Part shown: piece after piece, positions 52,117 to 62,075 of the stretch
How the letters are laid out: the number at the start of each line of letters is the position of its first letter
Numbering within the stretch: the stretch's first letter is position 1
Source of the DNA: Candidatus Tenderia sp.
Lineage (GTDB): Bacteria > Pseudomonadota > Gammaproteobacteria > Tenderiales > Tenderiaceae
Direction: 5' to 3'
DNA length: 64,000 nucleotides
NCBI GenBank assembly: GCA_031416075.1
Contig: JANOSY010000056.1
Location: forward strand, 1 to 64,000
Made by a program: the position numbers and the translations under genes
The notes under the pieces: model-generated
Database searches by the model: none
Told to the model about the DNA's origin: nothing
The model's input: the letters and a program-made list of their open reading frames with translations, nothing else

Positions 52117-53601
52117 TTAGCTCGCCGAGGTCAGTTCAGTGCTGAGTTCAAGTTCAGATATCATCTGGTCAAGTTGGTAATGGGGACGCAGCCTGATAAT
52201 GGATATGTATTGTCCCGGTTTTTCAGGGTGTTCTTTCACCTCAACGGCGGCTTCTCGGAGCGGGTATCGTGCCTGCTCCTCCCAGGCTAAATCTTCCCTG
52301 GCTGTTGTATAACGAAACAGCCAGTTGCGTAAATAGTCCTCACACTCGCTGGCAGTGATAAATGAGCCGATCTTATCCCTGATAATAACCTTAACGTAGT
52401 GTGCGATCCTGGAGCCACATAGCACATGTTGTAACATGGCCGATAATTTTGCATTGGTGCCGGATTGATATTGTGGTTTGTGCAAGGATTGATTGTTATA
52501 AAAAGAGGCAAAAGAGGTGTTATAACATTGGCACAGCGGAATAAAACCAAATTCACTAAGCCCCCGTTCAACGGAGTCAGTAATAATAATATCAGTGACT
52601 GGTTTAATAGCGATTCCGTCGGCATCGATCTCAAAAGAGTCGATAGGCAAGGTGTTTAGCAGTCCGCCTGAGAGTTGATCACGAGAGGCACCTCTGATAT
52701 GCCCAAACCAGCCAATATTGGCAAACTCCCTAATTAATACAGCACCAAAGCCGTAACAGGCATTGCCCCATAGGTACCCATCAGCAGTACTGGAGGTGTG
52801 CGTCTCATAAAAATAGAGTCCCTTGTAGCTGCCAGGTTTGGTGCGATAAGGGCGGCGTATCAAAATTCTGGGGAGTGTTAAACCAATAAATCGGGTGTCT
52901 GCATCATCACGCAGTGAGCGCCATTTTATATACTCGGATTGAGCAAAAATAGCATCGAGGTTCAAGGGTGATCTGAGTTTGGAGAAATTATCCAAGCCAA
53001 AGAGCTCGCTGGAGGCTGAGGTGATAAAGGGTGCAAATGAGGCAGCGGCGATTTTTGCCACGCCATTTAAGGTGGCTACATCGTCATGTGGGTGTCTATC
53101 AGAGATTCTGTGGTTAAGTTCGTAGTCACCAATCAATACACCAAAGGGTTCTCCTCCGGGGGTATCGTACTCATCACTATATATTTTCCGAAAGAGCTGG
53201 CTCTGGTCAAACTCCAACGCTTTATCGATATCTTTAGTCACTTCAAGCCAGTTGATATCGAGTACTTTGATTTTAATATTGGAAGCGCTATTTGCCTGGG
53301 TAATGAGATACCACAACCCGCGCCATGAGGCTTCCAGTTTCTGCAGTTGTGGATGGTGGATGATCCGATTTAGCTGTTCATTAATTAAATCATCAATAGA
53401 GGCAATGGTTTGATTGATTGCATAATCAATGTCACTGGCCGTTTTCAGTACGCAGTTTTTTTCAAACGTGGTCATCCAGTATACAAGCGCATGTATGTGG
53501 TCTTTTTCACTTAAAAAAGCGTCAATTCCGATAATATAGGCGGGCTGGGTATACAGCTCATCCATATTGATACTATATGCGTTGTTACCTGCTTGAGGCA
53601 T
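52117..53601 (-). CDS. tssC: T6SS contractile sheath large subunit, second divergent copy
   Basis: QKLEASWRGL, EFDQSQLFRKIY..EY.TPGGEPFG, YLWGN and ARYPLREA motifs. Confidence 0.92.
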   Translation of the reverse strand: MPQAGNNAYSINMDELYTQPAYIIGIDAFLSEKDHIHALVYWMTTFEKNCVLKTASDIDYAINQTIASIDDLINEQLNRIIHHPQLQKLEASWRGLWYLITQANSASNIKIKVLDINWLEVTKDIDKALEFDQSQLFRKIYSDEYDTPGGEPFGVLIGDYELNHRISDRHPHDDVATLNGVAKIAAASFAPFITSASSELFGLDNFSKLRSPLNLDAIFAQSEYIKWRSLRDDADTRFIGLTLPRILIRRPYRTKPGSYKGLYFYETHTSSTADGYLWGNACYGFGAVLIREFANIGWFGHIRGASRDQLSGGLLNTLPIDSFEIDADGIAIKPVTDIIITDSVERGLSEFGFIPLCQCYNTSFASFYNNQSLHKPQYQSGTNAKLSAMLQHVLCGSRIAHYVKVIIRDKIGSFITASECEDYLRNWLFRYTTAREDLAWEEQARYPLREAAVEVKEHPEKPGQYISIIRLRPHYQLDQMISELELSTELTSAS

Positions 53602-53640
53602 GGGGTATGGCCAATGTTGTAGGTGGATTGCTGCAAAGAA

Positions 53641-53662
53641 GTGCGGGGAGAACTCCCCGCAC
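53641..53662 (-). terminator. GC-rich hairpin between the two tssC genes (terminator or RNA stabiliser)
   Basis: GTGCGGGGA-GAAC-TCCCCGCAC, followed on the minus strand by TTCTTT. Confidence 0.65.
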
Positions 53663-53667
53663 GAACG

Positions 53668-55155
53668 TTAACCCGCTTTGGGAATACTGGCCACCAGTCG
53701 GAGTGATGCGGTGAGCTCCTCCATCTGTAGCCAAGGGCGCATCCAGGCAATGGCGCTGTAGACACCCGGTTGGCCAGGGACTTCCTTTACTTCAATGTTG
53801 GCTTCAGCAAGGGGATACCGTGCCTTCATTTCGGCACTGGCCCCCGGCGTGGCGTTAACATATTTGGATATCCACTGATTGAGCCACGCCTCTGCTTCGG
53901 AGGCCTCCATAAACGACCCTACCTTGTCACGCGCCATCACCTTGAGGTAATGGGCGATACGGGCAGTTGCCATAATGTATGGCAATCGTGTTGAAATCTC
54001 GGCATTGGCAGTTGCGTCCGGATCATCAAAACGCTGAGGCTTTTGTGTTGTTTGTGAACCGAAAAATACCGCGTAGTCGGTGTTTTTGTAATGGCATAAG
54101 GGCAAGAATCCAAGCTTGCTGAGCTCAGCTTCGCGACGATCGGTAATGCCGATTTCGGTGGGGCATTTCTGATCCATATCGCCATCATCACTGACGAAGG
54201 CATGGCTTGGCAGGCCTTCGACCTTTCCTCCGCCCTCGGCACCACGTATGCTGGTGCACCAGTTATAGCTGGCAAATGAGCGTGTTAATACGGTGCCCAT
54301 TGCATAGGCGGCATTGGTCCAGCAGTATTCGCCATGTTCACTCTGTGTATGTCTGCCGGAAGTATCAATAGACATTTCTTCAAAGTTGAATGCGTCAATG
54401 GGCTTGGTTGCTGAGCCGTAAGGCAATCTAGCTAAGACACGAGGCATTGTCAGTGTCACAAAACGAGAATCTGCGGTTTCACGGAAACTGCGCCATTTGA
54501 TGTACTCTGCGGAATCAAATATTTTTTCCAGATCACGGGGTTTTGAGAGTTCAGTAAAACTATCAAAGCCAAACATGTTTGGAGAGGCAGCTGAAATGAA
54601 GGGGCAAAACCCTGCGGCTGCAATATTGGACATGTTTGAAAGCATATCGATATCTTCGGGGTGGGTTGAGAATTCGTAATCACCGATGAGTGCAGCATAC
54701 GGTTCACCGCCAGCGATCCCGAACTCGCTCTCATAGATCTTCTTGAAGGTTTGACTTTGGTCAAATTCAACAGCTTTCTCAAGATCTTTGGCCAGCTCTT
54801 TTTTGCTGATGCTCATCATCCGTATCTTTAGTTGAGAGCTGGTTTCACTGTTCATCACCAGATGGTTTAATCCGCGCCATGAACCTTCGAGTTTTTGGAA
54901 TTTCTCATCATGCATTACGGTAGCCAACTGCTTGGACATCAGTTTGTCGATGGCTGCAATAGCGGAATTGATGGTGATGGTCAAGTTTTTGTCCCACTTG
55001 ACAGTCCCCTTCATCGCTTCCTGGGTGAGGTTCTTTAAGAGACTCTCCGTTTCATCTTTGGGGGTCTGTTTGGTGGCTGTTATCGCCTGTTCAAGAAAAC
55101 TGACCTCAAGGCTGGCTGCCTCGGTGGCATCATTTTTTTGCTGTTCTGTGCTCAT
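53668..55155 (-). CDS. tssC: T6SS contractile sheath large subunit
   Basis: [37 protein letters not shown] and [16 protein letters not shown] motifs. Confidence 0.97.
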   Translation of the reverse strand: MSTEQQKNDATEAASLEVSFLEQAITATKQTPKDETESLLKNLTQEAMKGTVKWDKNLTITINSAIAAIDKLMSKQLATVMHDEKFQKLEGSWRGLNHLVMNSETSSQLKIRMMSISKKELAKDLEKAVEFDQSQTFKKIYESEFGIAGGEPYAALIGDYEFSTHPEDIDMLSNMSNIAAAGFCPFISAASPNMFGFDSFTELSKPRDLEKIFDSAEYIKWRSFRETADSRFVTLTMPRVLARLPYGSATKPIDAFNFEEMSIDTSGRHTQSEHGEYCWTNAAYAMGTVLTRSFASYNWCTSIRGAEGGGKVEGLPSHAFVSDDGDMDQKCPTEIGITDRREAELSKLGFLPLCHYKNTDYAVFFGSQTTQKPQRFDDPDATANAEISTRLPYIMATARIAHYLKVMARDKVGSFMEASEAEAWLNQWISKYVNATPGASAEMKARYPLAEANIEVKEVPGQPGVYSAIAWMRPWLQMEELTASLRLVASIPKAG

Positions 55156-55683
55156 TTATTTATCTCCCCCTTTGTTGTCTTTGCTGTCGCTTACACCAAG
55201 CTCCTGGGTGAGTGAAGACATCGCTGCGGAGTTGCTGAGCACCTGTTCCAGTAAAGACTCCAGTTCGTCAGAACGATCAGCCTTGGTCAGCAGGTCTCGT
55301 AATTTATTGCGGGTATCAAGGAGTTTCTTCAGGGAGTCAATTTGCTCGATAACCCGATGTGGCTCGAAATCTTCCATAGTGTTAAATTTCAGGTTAACGG
55401 ACATATCACTTCCGTCCCCCTGTAGAGTGTTTTCAACCTTCATTTTGAGCTCTGGTGATATTTTATTCATCACCTCATTGAAATTATCACGATCAATTTG
55501 GGAGAACTTGCGCTCTTTCAGTGGCTTTTTGTTGTCGGTATTGTCGCCTGAGTAGTCGCCCATCACGCCCATCACAAACGGCAGTTCTTTATCAGCAACG
55601 GCACCATTGGTCTCAAGATCATAGGTGATATGAACCCGTGGCTTGCGTACGCGCTTCAATTTATCGTGAATACTCTCAGACAT
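55156..55683 (-). CDS. tssB: T6SS contractile sheath small subunit
   Basis: [33 protein letters not shown] and MEDFEP motifs. Confidence 0.97.
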   Translation of the reverse strand: MSESIHDKLKRVRKPRVHITYDLETNGAVADKELPFVMGVMGDYSGDNTDNKKPLKERKFSQIDRDNFNEVMNKISPELKMKVENTLQGDGSDMSVNLKFNTMEDFEPHRVIEQIDSLKKLLDTRNKLRDLLTKADRSDELESLLEQVLSNSAAMSSLTQELGVSDSKDNKGGDK

Positions 55684-55818
55684 GATTTATCCTTTTATAT
55701 ATGTATTGTGGTGGTTTTAATATTTCCATAACAGGGCTCCACAACAGCAGGTTGTCATCTTATTACCAAAGGGCCCAAGCCGCATGCTCAATATTGTTGT
55801 TAATCTAACATAAATTGG

Positions 55819-56943
55819 TTATTGATCTTTGGGAGTCACTCCGGTAAGTGATTTATAAATATCACGGGATGAATCATCAGGGATCAGCTCGAGAATGAGT
55901 TCATTAAGGGGCATATTACCCCATTTGATCGCTCTTTCTATGGAATAGCATATGGGTGAATGAGGCTCTGTCTTCCGGAAAAAGTCGGCGATATTGTTCA
56001 GCTGCCTGAACGCGTCGTCTCTGGAGCGTATGGGGCCAAGGCGCTGTGTGGCTTCACTGCTGGCAGTGGTGCCCTGGTTGGAATCGTGGCCGGACTGTGC
56101 AGCAGGGATGGAGGGGGAGGCATCGGAAATACTGTCGGGTATCTTTGATTTTCCAAGGAATTTAACTGTCGCCAAGGCATCTTCAAGGGCGTTGATGATG
56201 TTACTTGTGGGTGGGCCTTCATGGGTGCCGCAACGGTTATCAAGTAACTCCCCTATCTTTCTATATTCTGCGATTGAGGTGTGGATATCACTGTGAAGAT
56301 CGATGAAGAACTGGTCACTGGACTTTGATACAGCTGACTTTATATCGGCGATGCTAAAGCCTATTTGTTCGGTTTTTTTGTCGCGTAAATCGGCATCAGA
56401 AATTTTTTGTATATCCAGGGCCTGTTTGTACTGCCAGATGGTAAACGGGCCGGGATAATGAGATTCCGTGATAACACTGTTGCGTATAGGGGGGATTAAC
56501 ACACCATCGGTCCCCTCGCCATTTAGGCCTGTGAGTGGAGATACGCGTGTTTCCAAGCCATCTTCATCAGGCATGGGGTAGAGGCTATCCCAGAAAGTTT
56601 CTATCAAGTGCCTGATAAGGGTGAAGCCGCTGTTCAGGCCTTTAAATCCCTGTTTACGAATTAATGCCTCCGTATACCAAGCGGCAATTTCAAGATCTTT
56701 TGCGTGATCACGCAGTATTACTGGTGCCAAGTCAAGTATCTTTTGCCAGTTTTCCATGGCCATATCACTTTTGCCATCAAATAGACTGTTGCGTTCGGCA
56801 GCACGAGCAGTGGCACGGGCATCCTTAATCTGGTTGTACGGTGATGAAATGGATTGATTTTGGCGAATATCGTGCCCGCTTGGAATCTCTCCGGGTATGG
56901 GAGAGAGTAGCTCGTTTAAATCAACAGTGCCTAGCGATGACAT
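55819..56943 (-). CDS. tssA: T6SS TssA (ImpA N-terminal domain)
   Basis: LLSPIPGE.PSG.D.R, KDLEIAAW..EAL, FWDSLYP and FFRKTEPHSP motifs. Confidence 0.93.
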   Translation of the reverse strand: MSSLGTVDLNELLSPIPGEIPSGHDIRQNQSISSPYNQIKDARATARAAERNSLFDGKSDMAMENWQKILDLAPVILRDHAKDLEIAAWYTEALIRKQGFKGLNSGFTLIRHLIETFWDSLYPMPDEDGLETRVSPLTGLNGEGTDGVLIPPIRNSVITESHYPGPFTIWQYKQALDIQKISDADLRDKKTEQIGFSIADIKSAVSKSSDQFFIDLHSDIHTSIAEYRKIGELLDNRCGTHEGPPTSNIINALEDALATVKFLGKSKIPDSISDASPSIPAAQSGHDSNQGTTASSEATQRLGPIRSRDDAFRQLNNIADFFRKTEPHSPICYSIERAIKWGNMPLNELILELIPDDSSRDIYKSLTGVTPKDQ

Positions 56944-57582
56944 CTTTATCCCTTCAACCTTGTACTTACTTTGAGAAAATAGCTATCTGTAGCCAAGTGC
57001 ATTTCTCGTAATATATCTATGTTAATCAAATTGTTATTGTTTTTCTGCCGTAAAAATGACATCTGCGTGTCTGTGTGGGGCAGGAAACTACCACTTCAAA
57101 TGCCCGAGCCTATGGTTATTTTAGGGTTTTCTTATAGACACAAGAGAAAGATTAAATGCCTGAAACTTATAATATATTATTTATACCGTGTAAAGCGCTG
57201 TTGGCAAAATAGACAGCTGTCGTCTTTATGAGTGTAAGTAGCAGTGTGTCCAGCTACCCGACGGGGTTATGGTGATTGGGTAGTTATGAGCGCTTTGCTG
57301 TTAGTATTGTGATTCGTTATTGTATTGAGGCGTGGCTTGATGGTTTGTTCAGGCGAAAAACATCATTAGTTGGGTAGTGCTTGGTGTAATATGTCGACAC
57401 GGTTTACGTAGACGCTAAACCAACGTGAGGGGGAGCTTAATGCAGGTGGAGTTGATGATGGTTAACTGGTGGTTTGCCATATCGCTTTAATGTGAATGTT
57501 CATGGCCAGAATGGTGCGTGGCAAGTCATCCATAGCTGCATTAAGTATTGGTAGGCAGTGATTTAATTTGAATGTTTGGTTT

Positions 57583-59070
57583 ATGTCAGTTATTACAGTT
57601 TCAATGGCCAAGGCCCCTAGTAATGCCACAAATGCCCGGACAAACATGACGTTTTCGGCTCGGGGTGGCACGATCGGTCGCAGTTCGGATAATGCTTGGG
57701 TGCTGGATGACCCCGATCGCTTTATTTCTGGGCGGCATGTTCAGATTGACTGTTTGAGCAACAGATTTTACCTGACCGATCTAAGTACAAACGGCACGTT
57801 CCTTAATGGTGCCGCTGAGCCCGTTGGCCGGGGGTGTAAAACCGTTTTGTCCGATGGAGACGTATTTACACTCGGTGATTACGAGTTTGCTGTCTCAGTG
57901 TCGGCTAATGCTGTTGTCAGTGAGCCTTTTCATGAGGAGCCTGCCAAGCATCAGGTTTCAGGGCCTTTTTCTGGTCTGGATATAGAGCCTCAGCGGAATA
58001 TTGACCCATTGGCATTCATTCCTGATCAGGCCGATCCGTTGTGGGCGCGTGAAGCTTTAGAACGCCCCCTACGGCCTGTTGTCCCTGAGATGCCGGGTAG
58101 TGTTACCGAACAGAGGGATCCCCTGGCACTGCTGGGTGGCGGTGAGTCTGAGCTATTTGCTGACCCACCCGAGTGGGACGGTGTTGTTAGCTATTCAGAT
58201 GGTGCGGGTGCGGTAAATCAGGCTTATTCATTCCCCAGCGCAATCCCGGAAGATTGGGATGATGATTTTTCAGATGCGGTTATATCTAACTCACAGCCAC
58301 CCGTGTCGCCACCAGTGCGCAAACCTGACACGCCAGATGTTGATTTTGGGCGTGTTCGTCAGCTGGAACAGAAGATTAAAGCGTTAGAAAAGGCCAACGG
58401 CGCGCTTGAGTTGCGTTTGCGAGCGCTGCAGGAACAGGAGGTATCTGCCCCACTTAAGGTTGACCTAACGGCGGGGCATGTCAGTTTGATTCGTGCGCTG
58501 GGTCTTGATAAACGGGGCCTAAGTGATGAAAAAGTGGCGATGATCAATCAGGTGGCAGGGGATTTTATTCGCGTAACCATTGCCGGCATGATGCAGGCTG
58601 TTAGTTACAAAAATAGTATAAAAAATGAATTTCGTATGAATGTCACTACTATTCAGCCAGTTGAGAACAATCCGCTTAACTTTTCTGCAAACATTGAAGA
58701 TGCCATAGAGAATATGTTTGTAAAAGAGGGAAATGCTTATAAAAAGCCAGTTGATGCTATTCGTGAAGGCTTTCAAAGCATTGGTGACCATCAGGTTGCC
58801 GTATTGGCGGGTATACGGGCCGGTTTTAATCGGGGGCTTGAGCGGTTTGATCCTGAGGTGCTGGAGATGAGATTTAACAAGTACCTTAAATCAGGACTGA
58901 TCCAAGTGAGTAAAAAAGCCAGGCACTGGGATTCGTACAGGGACTATTACAATGAGCTGGTGAATGATATGGACGCATCATTTAAAGATCTGTTTGGGGA
59001 TGATTTTGTAAATGCATACGAAGATCAGCTGCAAAAGTTGTCGTTAAATCGTAGCAAGGGCTCAAAGTGA
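57583..59070 (+). CDS. tagH: T6SS-associated FHA domain protein TagH
   Basis: FHA motifs IGRS, LDDPDRFISGRH and DLSTNGTFLN; C-terminal T.IQPVENNPL.F...HQVA...FDP..LE...LFG..F..AYEDQ. Confidence 0.92.
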   Translation: MSVITVSMAKAPSNATNARTNMTFSARGGTIGRSSDNAWVLDDPDRFISGRHVQIDCLSNRFYLTDLSTNGTFLNGAAEPVGRGCKTVLSDGDVFTLGDYEFAVSVSANAVVSEPFHEEPAKHQVSGPFSGLDIEPQRNIDPLAFIPDQADPLWAREALERPLRPVVPEMPGSVTEQRDPLALLGGGESELFADPPEWDGVVSYSDGAGAVNQAYSFPSAIPEDWDDDFSDAVISNSQPPVSPPVRKPDTPDVDFGRVRQLEQKIKALEKANGALELRLRALQEQEVSAPLKVDLTAGHVSLIRALGLDKRGLSDEKVAMINQVAGDFIRVTIAGMMQAVSYKNSIKNEFRMNVTTIQPVENNPLNFSANIEDAIENMFVKEGNAYKKPVDAIREGFQSIGDHQVAVLAGIRAGFNRGLERFDPEVLEMRFNKYLKSGLIQVSKKARHWDSYRDYYNELVNDMDASFKDLFGDDFVNAYEDQLQKLSLNRSKGSK

Positions 59071-59114
59071 GCGGCCGGGGCGTAACGAGTGCAATCTAGT
59101 TGGGATGCAGATAT

Positions 59115-59615
59115 ATGGTTCATGCTCTAAGGCTGGTACTTAGTGTGGTAGTTGTTTTGTCGGTTGCAGCGTGTACGGCCACTAAGGAGAAGATTGCTCC
59201 GGTGCTTCCAGCTGATACTGAGTTAACGCTGGAAGTGAAAGTAAATGGGGATATTAACCCTGACGACAACAACGTTCCATCGCCTCTGTTTGTTCGTATG
59301 TATGAATTAAAATCGGACAAAGCATTTTTGAAAACAGGGTTTTTGGATATATACGAAAAAGATAAACAATTGTTTGGTGGGGAGTTACTTGTCAAACATG
59401 AGCTTAAACATCTTGTGCCTGGCCAGGGTGTTACCAGTAAATATACGTTGACTAAAGAGACTCAATACATCGGCGTCTATGCAGAGTTCGTTCAGTACAA
59501 AGATGCAGAATATAAGCTGGCTGTGCCGGTTGTGAAAAAAATTGATGGAAGCATGCGCTTGGTCGTCTCAGTATCCGGCAACAGCATCAGAATAGATCAG
59601 TCGGTTAATGAATAG
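59115..59615 (+). CDS. tssJ: T6SS outer-membrane lipoprotein TssJ
   Basis: Lipobox VAAC; INPD....PSPL.VR.YELK, L.PG and YIGVYAEF motifs. Confidence 0.92.
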   Translation: MVHALRLVLSVVVVLSVAACTATKEKIAPVLPADTELTLEVKVNGDINPDDNNVPSPLFVRMYELKSDKAFLKTGFLDIYEKDKQLFGGELLVKHELKHLVPGQGVTSKYTLTKETQYIGVYAEFVQYKDAEYKLAVPVVKKIDGSMRLVVSVSGNSIRIDQSVNE

Positions 59616-59751
59616 GCCATTGTGTTTAATGGGAACTGAAAAAATTATCAGGTAAGAAGAGCTGAGGTATGTGTTACTGGATTTATGGTAGATCATTTGT
59701 ACCAGAAAAATATTTCAGACATATCGATGTGTAAAATATAGGCGCATTTAA

Positions 59752-61086
59752 ATGTCACTAGATAGCAAGGTTGTTTGGTCTGAGGGGATGTTCTTAAATC
59801 CCCAGCACTTTCAGCAACAAGAGCGTTATTTTCAACGTTACGTTGATGGTAGATGTTCTGCTTTAGGTAGTTATGACTGGGGGTTGCATGAATTTGAGGT
59901 GGATGGGCAGCTGCTTAAACTTGGAAAAATTTCCATTGTTAAAGCGGCAGGTGTCTTTCCGGACGGCACCCCATTTTCGTTCCCCGAGCAAGATGCCCCA
60001 CCAGCAGTTTTGGAAATAGCTAGTGGCACCCATAATACAGTTGTCTGTATTGGTATAACGGTAAACCGTCCGGGTGTGGTTGAAGTGTCCAGTGATGATG
60101 GTGCAAGAGGGGTATCCCGCTACTATTCATTGGAACAGAGTACTCGTGACGTCACCCAGATAGGGGGCGAGAGCATACCGATAAATGTGGGCATGCTTAG
60201 GATTAAGCTGCTGCTTGAGTCGGATGATTTGAGTGGTTACGCCTGTATAGGTGTATTGCGGATCGCTGAGTCCCGAGAGGATAAAAACATCTTGTTGGAT
60301 AACAGTTTTATCCCTACCTTTCTTGATTGTAATTCAACCCCAAAGCTGTCTGCCATCATATCGGAATTGCTTGGGTTGTTGCACCACAGGGGCGAATCGA
60401 TAGCAGGTAGATTGGCAGATGTCAGATCTGGAGGGACGGCTGAAGTTTCTGATTACATTATGTTGCAGTTGATTAACCGGCATGAGCTGCTTATGACGCA
60501 TCTGGCAAAAATTAAAGGCCTGCACCCCCTGACCCTGTTCTTTTATTTGTTGCAAGTATTGGGTGATCTTAGCGTCTTTTTTAGCCAAACCAAGCGTCCT
60601 CCAACACTGACGCCATATCTGCACGATGATTTGCGTGCCACGTTTACACCACTGGTTGTGGCGTTGCGTCAAGGATTGAGCGCGGTATACGAGCAGACTG
60701 CTGTTGCGTTGAATCTGGTTGAAAAGAAGTATGGCATTAAGGTCGCACAAATTCCTGATGTTACTTTATTAAGCAGCTCCATGTTTGTACTGGCGGCACG
60801 TGCCAATATCGCGGATGATGTTTTACGTGCCCGTCTGCCTGCTCAGGTTAAGGTTGGCCCCGTAGAACGTATACGCCAGTTGGTTAACGCCGCGATTCCT
60901 GGAATACCGATGAAGGCGTTACCTGTGGTACCACGACAAATCCCCTTTCATGCCGGGTATACCTATTTTGAACTGGATAAGAGTAACCCGTTGTGGAAAG
61001 AGCTTCAGCACTCCGGCGGCATTGCACTGCATGTAGGCGGAGAGTTTCCTGGGCTTGAGTTTCAATTCTGGGCGATTAGGCAATAA
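59752..61086 (+). CDS. tssK: T6SS baseplate subunit TssK
   Basis: KVVWSEGMFLNPQHFQQQERY, GVFPDGTPF, PRQIPFHAGYTYFELD and FWAIR motifs. Confidence 0.97.
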   Translation: MSLDSKVVWSEGMFLNPQHFQQQERYFQRYVDGRCSALGSYDWGLHEFEVDGQLLKLGKISIVKAAGVFPDGTPFSFPEQDAPPAVLEIASGTHNTVVCIGITVNRPGVVEVSSDDGARGVSRYYSLEQSTRDVTQIGGESIPINVGMLRIKLLLESDDLSGYACIGVLRIAESREDKNILLDNSFIPTFLDCNSTPKLSAIISELLGLLHHRGESIAGRLADVRSGGTAEVSDYIMLQLINRHELLMTHLAKIKGLHPLTLFFYLLQVLGDLSVFFSQTKRPPTLTPYLHDDLRATFTPLVVALRQGLSAVYEQTAVALNLVEKKYGIKVAQIPDVTLLSSSMFVLAARANIADDVLRARLPAQVKVGPVERIRQLVNAAIPGIPMKALPVVPRQIPFHAGYTYFELDKSNPLWKELQHSGGIALHVGGEFPGLEFQFWAIRQ

Positions 61087-61147
61087 TGTTGATAAAAAGT
61101 ATAGGCCAGGGTTTTGGACAGAGAACCATTCGTAAAGGGAGGCGCTG

Positions 61148-62029
61148 ATGTCTTCTGACGAGTCAGATAAAACAGTTTTCTGGCAACCCAAGAGTGGTGA
61201 TAGCACGGTTGTTAGACCGACACCTGGCGGAGGACGTAGAGGAGCGGCTCAGCCCAGTGCCCCAGAAACAAGGATGGATAAACCAGCAGTATTGGATCAT
61301 GGTTCTCTGCCCGTATACAGTCAGCCGGAATATAGTTTGAATCCATTGATTGCCGCGGCGTCTGCACTGCTGGTTGTATTTGAGAAAACACGTGTCTCTC
61401 TCAGTCACCCCAATGTTGATGGTCTGTATCAGCGTTTAGTTGCTGAGATCAAAGCTTTCGAAGCGCAGGTCAGAGAGCGTGGCATTAAATCTGAAATTGC
61501 ACTGACAGCACGTTACATACTCTGCACTGCACTTGATGAGGCCGTCCTGAATACGCCATGGGGTGGCGAGAGCAAGTGGCCACAACAAACGTTGTTGAGT
61601 ACATTTCATGGCGAGACAGCGGGTGGTGAAAAGTTCTTTCTTATACTGGAGCGGTTGCGTGGCGCCCCTAGGGAGAACCTCCATATTTTGGAGCTGATCT
61701 ACCTGTGCCTCAGTCTGGGGTTTGAAGGCAAATATAAACTGACCCACAGTGGCCGGAATACATTGGAAAAAATCAGAGACGATCTGTTTGCCATGATACG
61801 GGCATCCCGCGGTGAGTATGAGCGCTCTTTGTCGCCCAACTGGCGTGGAATGGGGCGTGTTAAAAATACATTGGCCAGCCATATTCCACCTTGGGTCGCG
61901 GTTGTATCAATATTGGTACTGTTGCTGCTGATCTACTCTGGCTTTAAATACGCCCTACACTACTCATCTGCTGCTGAAGTGCAAAAGCTGATGGATATTT
62001 CTGATGCTGGCAATGGTATTGAGCTTTAA
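61148..62029 (+). CDS. tssL: T6SS inner-membrane protein TssL (DotU), no OmpA domain
   Basis: ARYILCTALDEAVLNTPWG, FHGETAGGEKFF, YLCLSLGFEGKY and a C-terminal TM. Confidence 0.95.
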   Translation: MSSDESDKTVFWQPKSGDSTVVRPTPGGGRRGAAQPSAPETRMDKPAVLDHGSLPVYSQPEYSLNPLIAAASALLVVFEKTRVSLSHPNVDGLYQRLVAEIKAFEAQVRERGIKSEIALTARYILCTALDEAVLNTPWGGESKWPQQTLLSTFHGETAGGEKFFLILERLRGAPRENLHILELIYLCLSLGFEGKYKLTHSGRNTLEKIRDDLFAMIRASRGEYERSLSPNWRGMGRVKNTLASHIPPWVAVVSILVLLLLIYSGFKYALHYSSAAEVQKLMDISDAGNGIEL

Positions 62030-62075
62030 CGATGGCTCCCATGGCTGGCACACATGATCTTTGTTGGATAATCAG

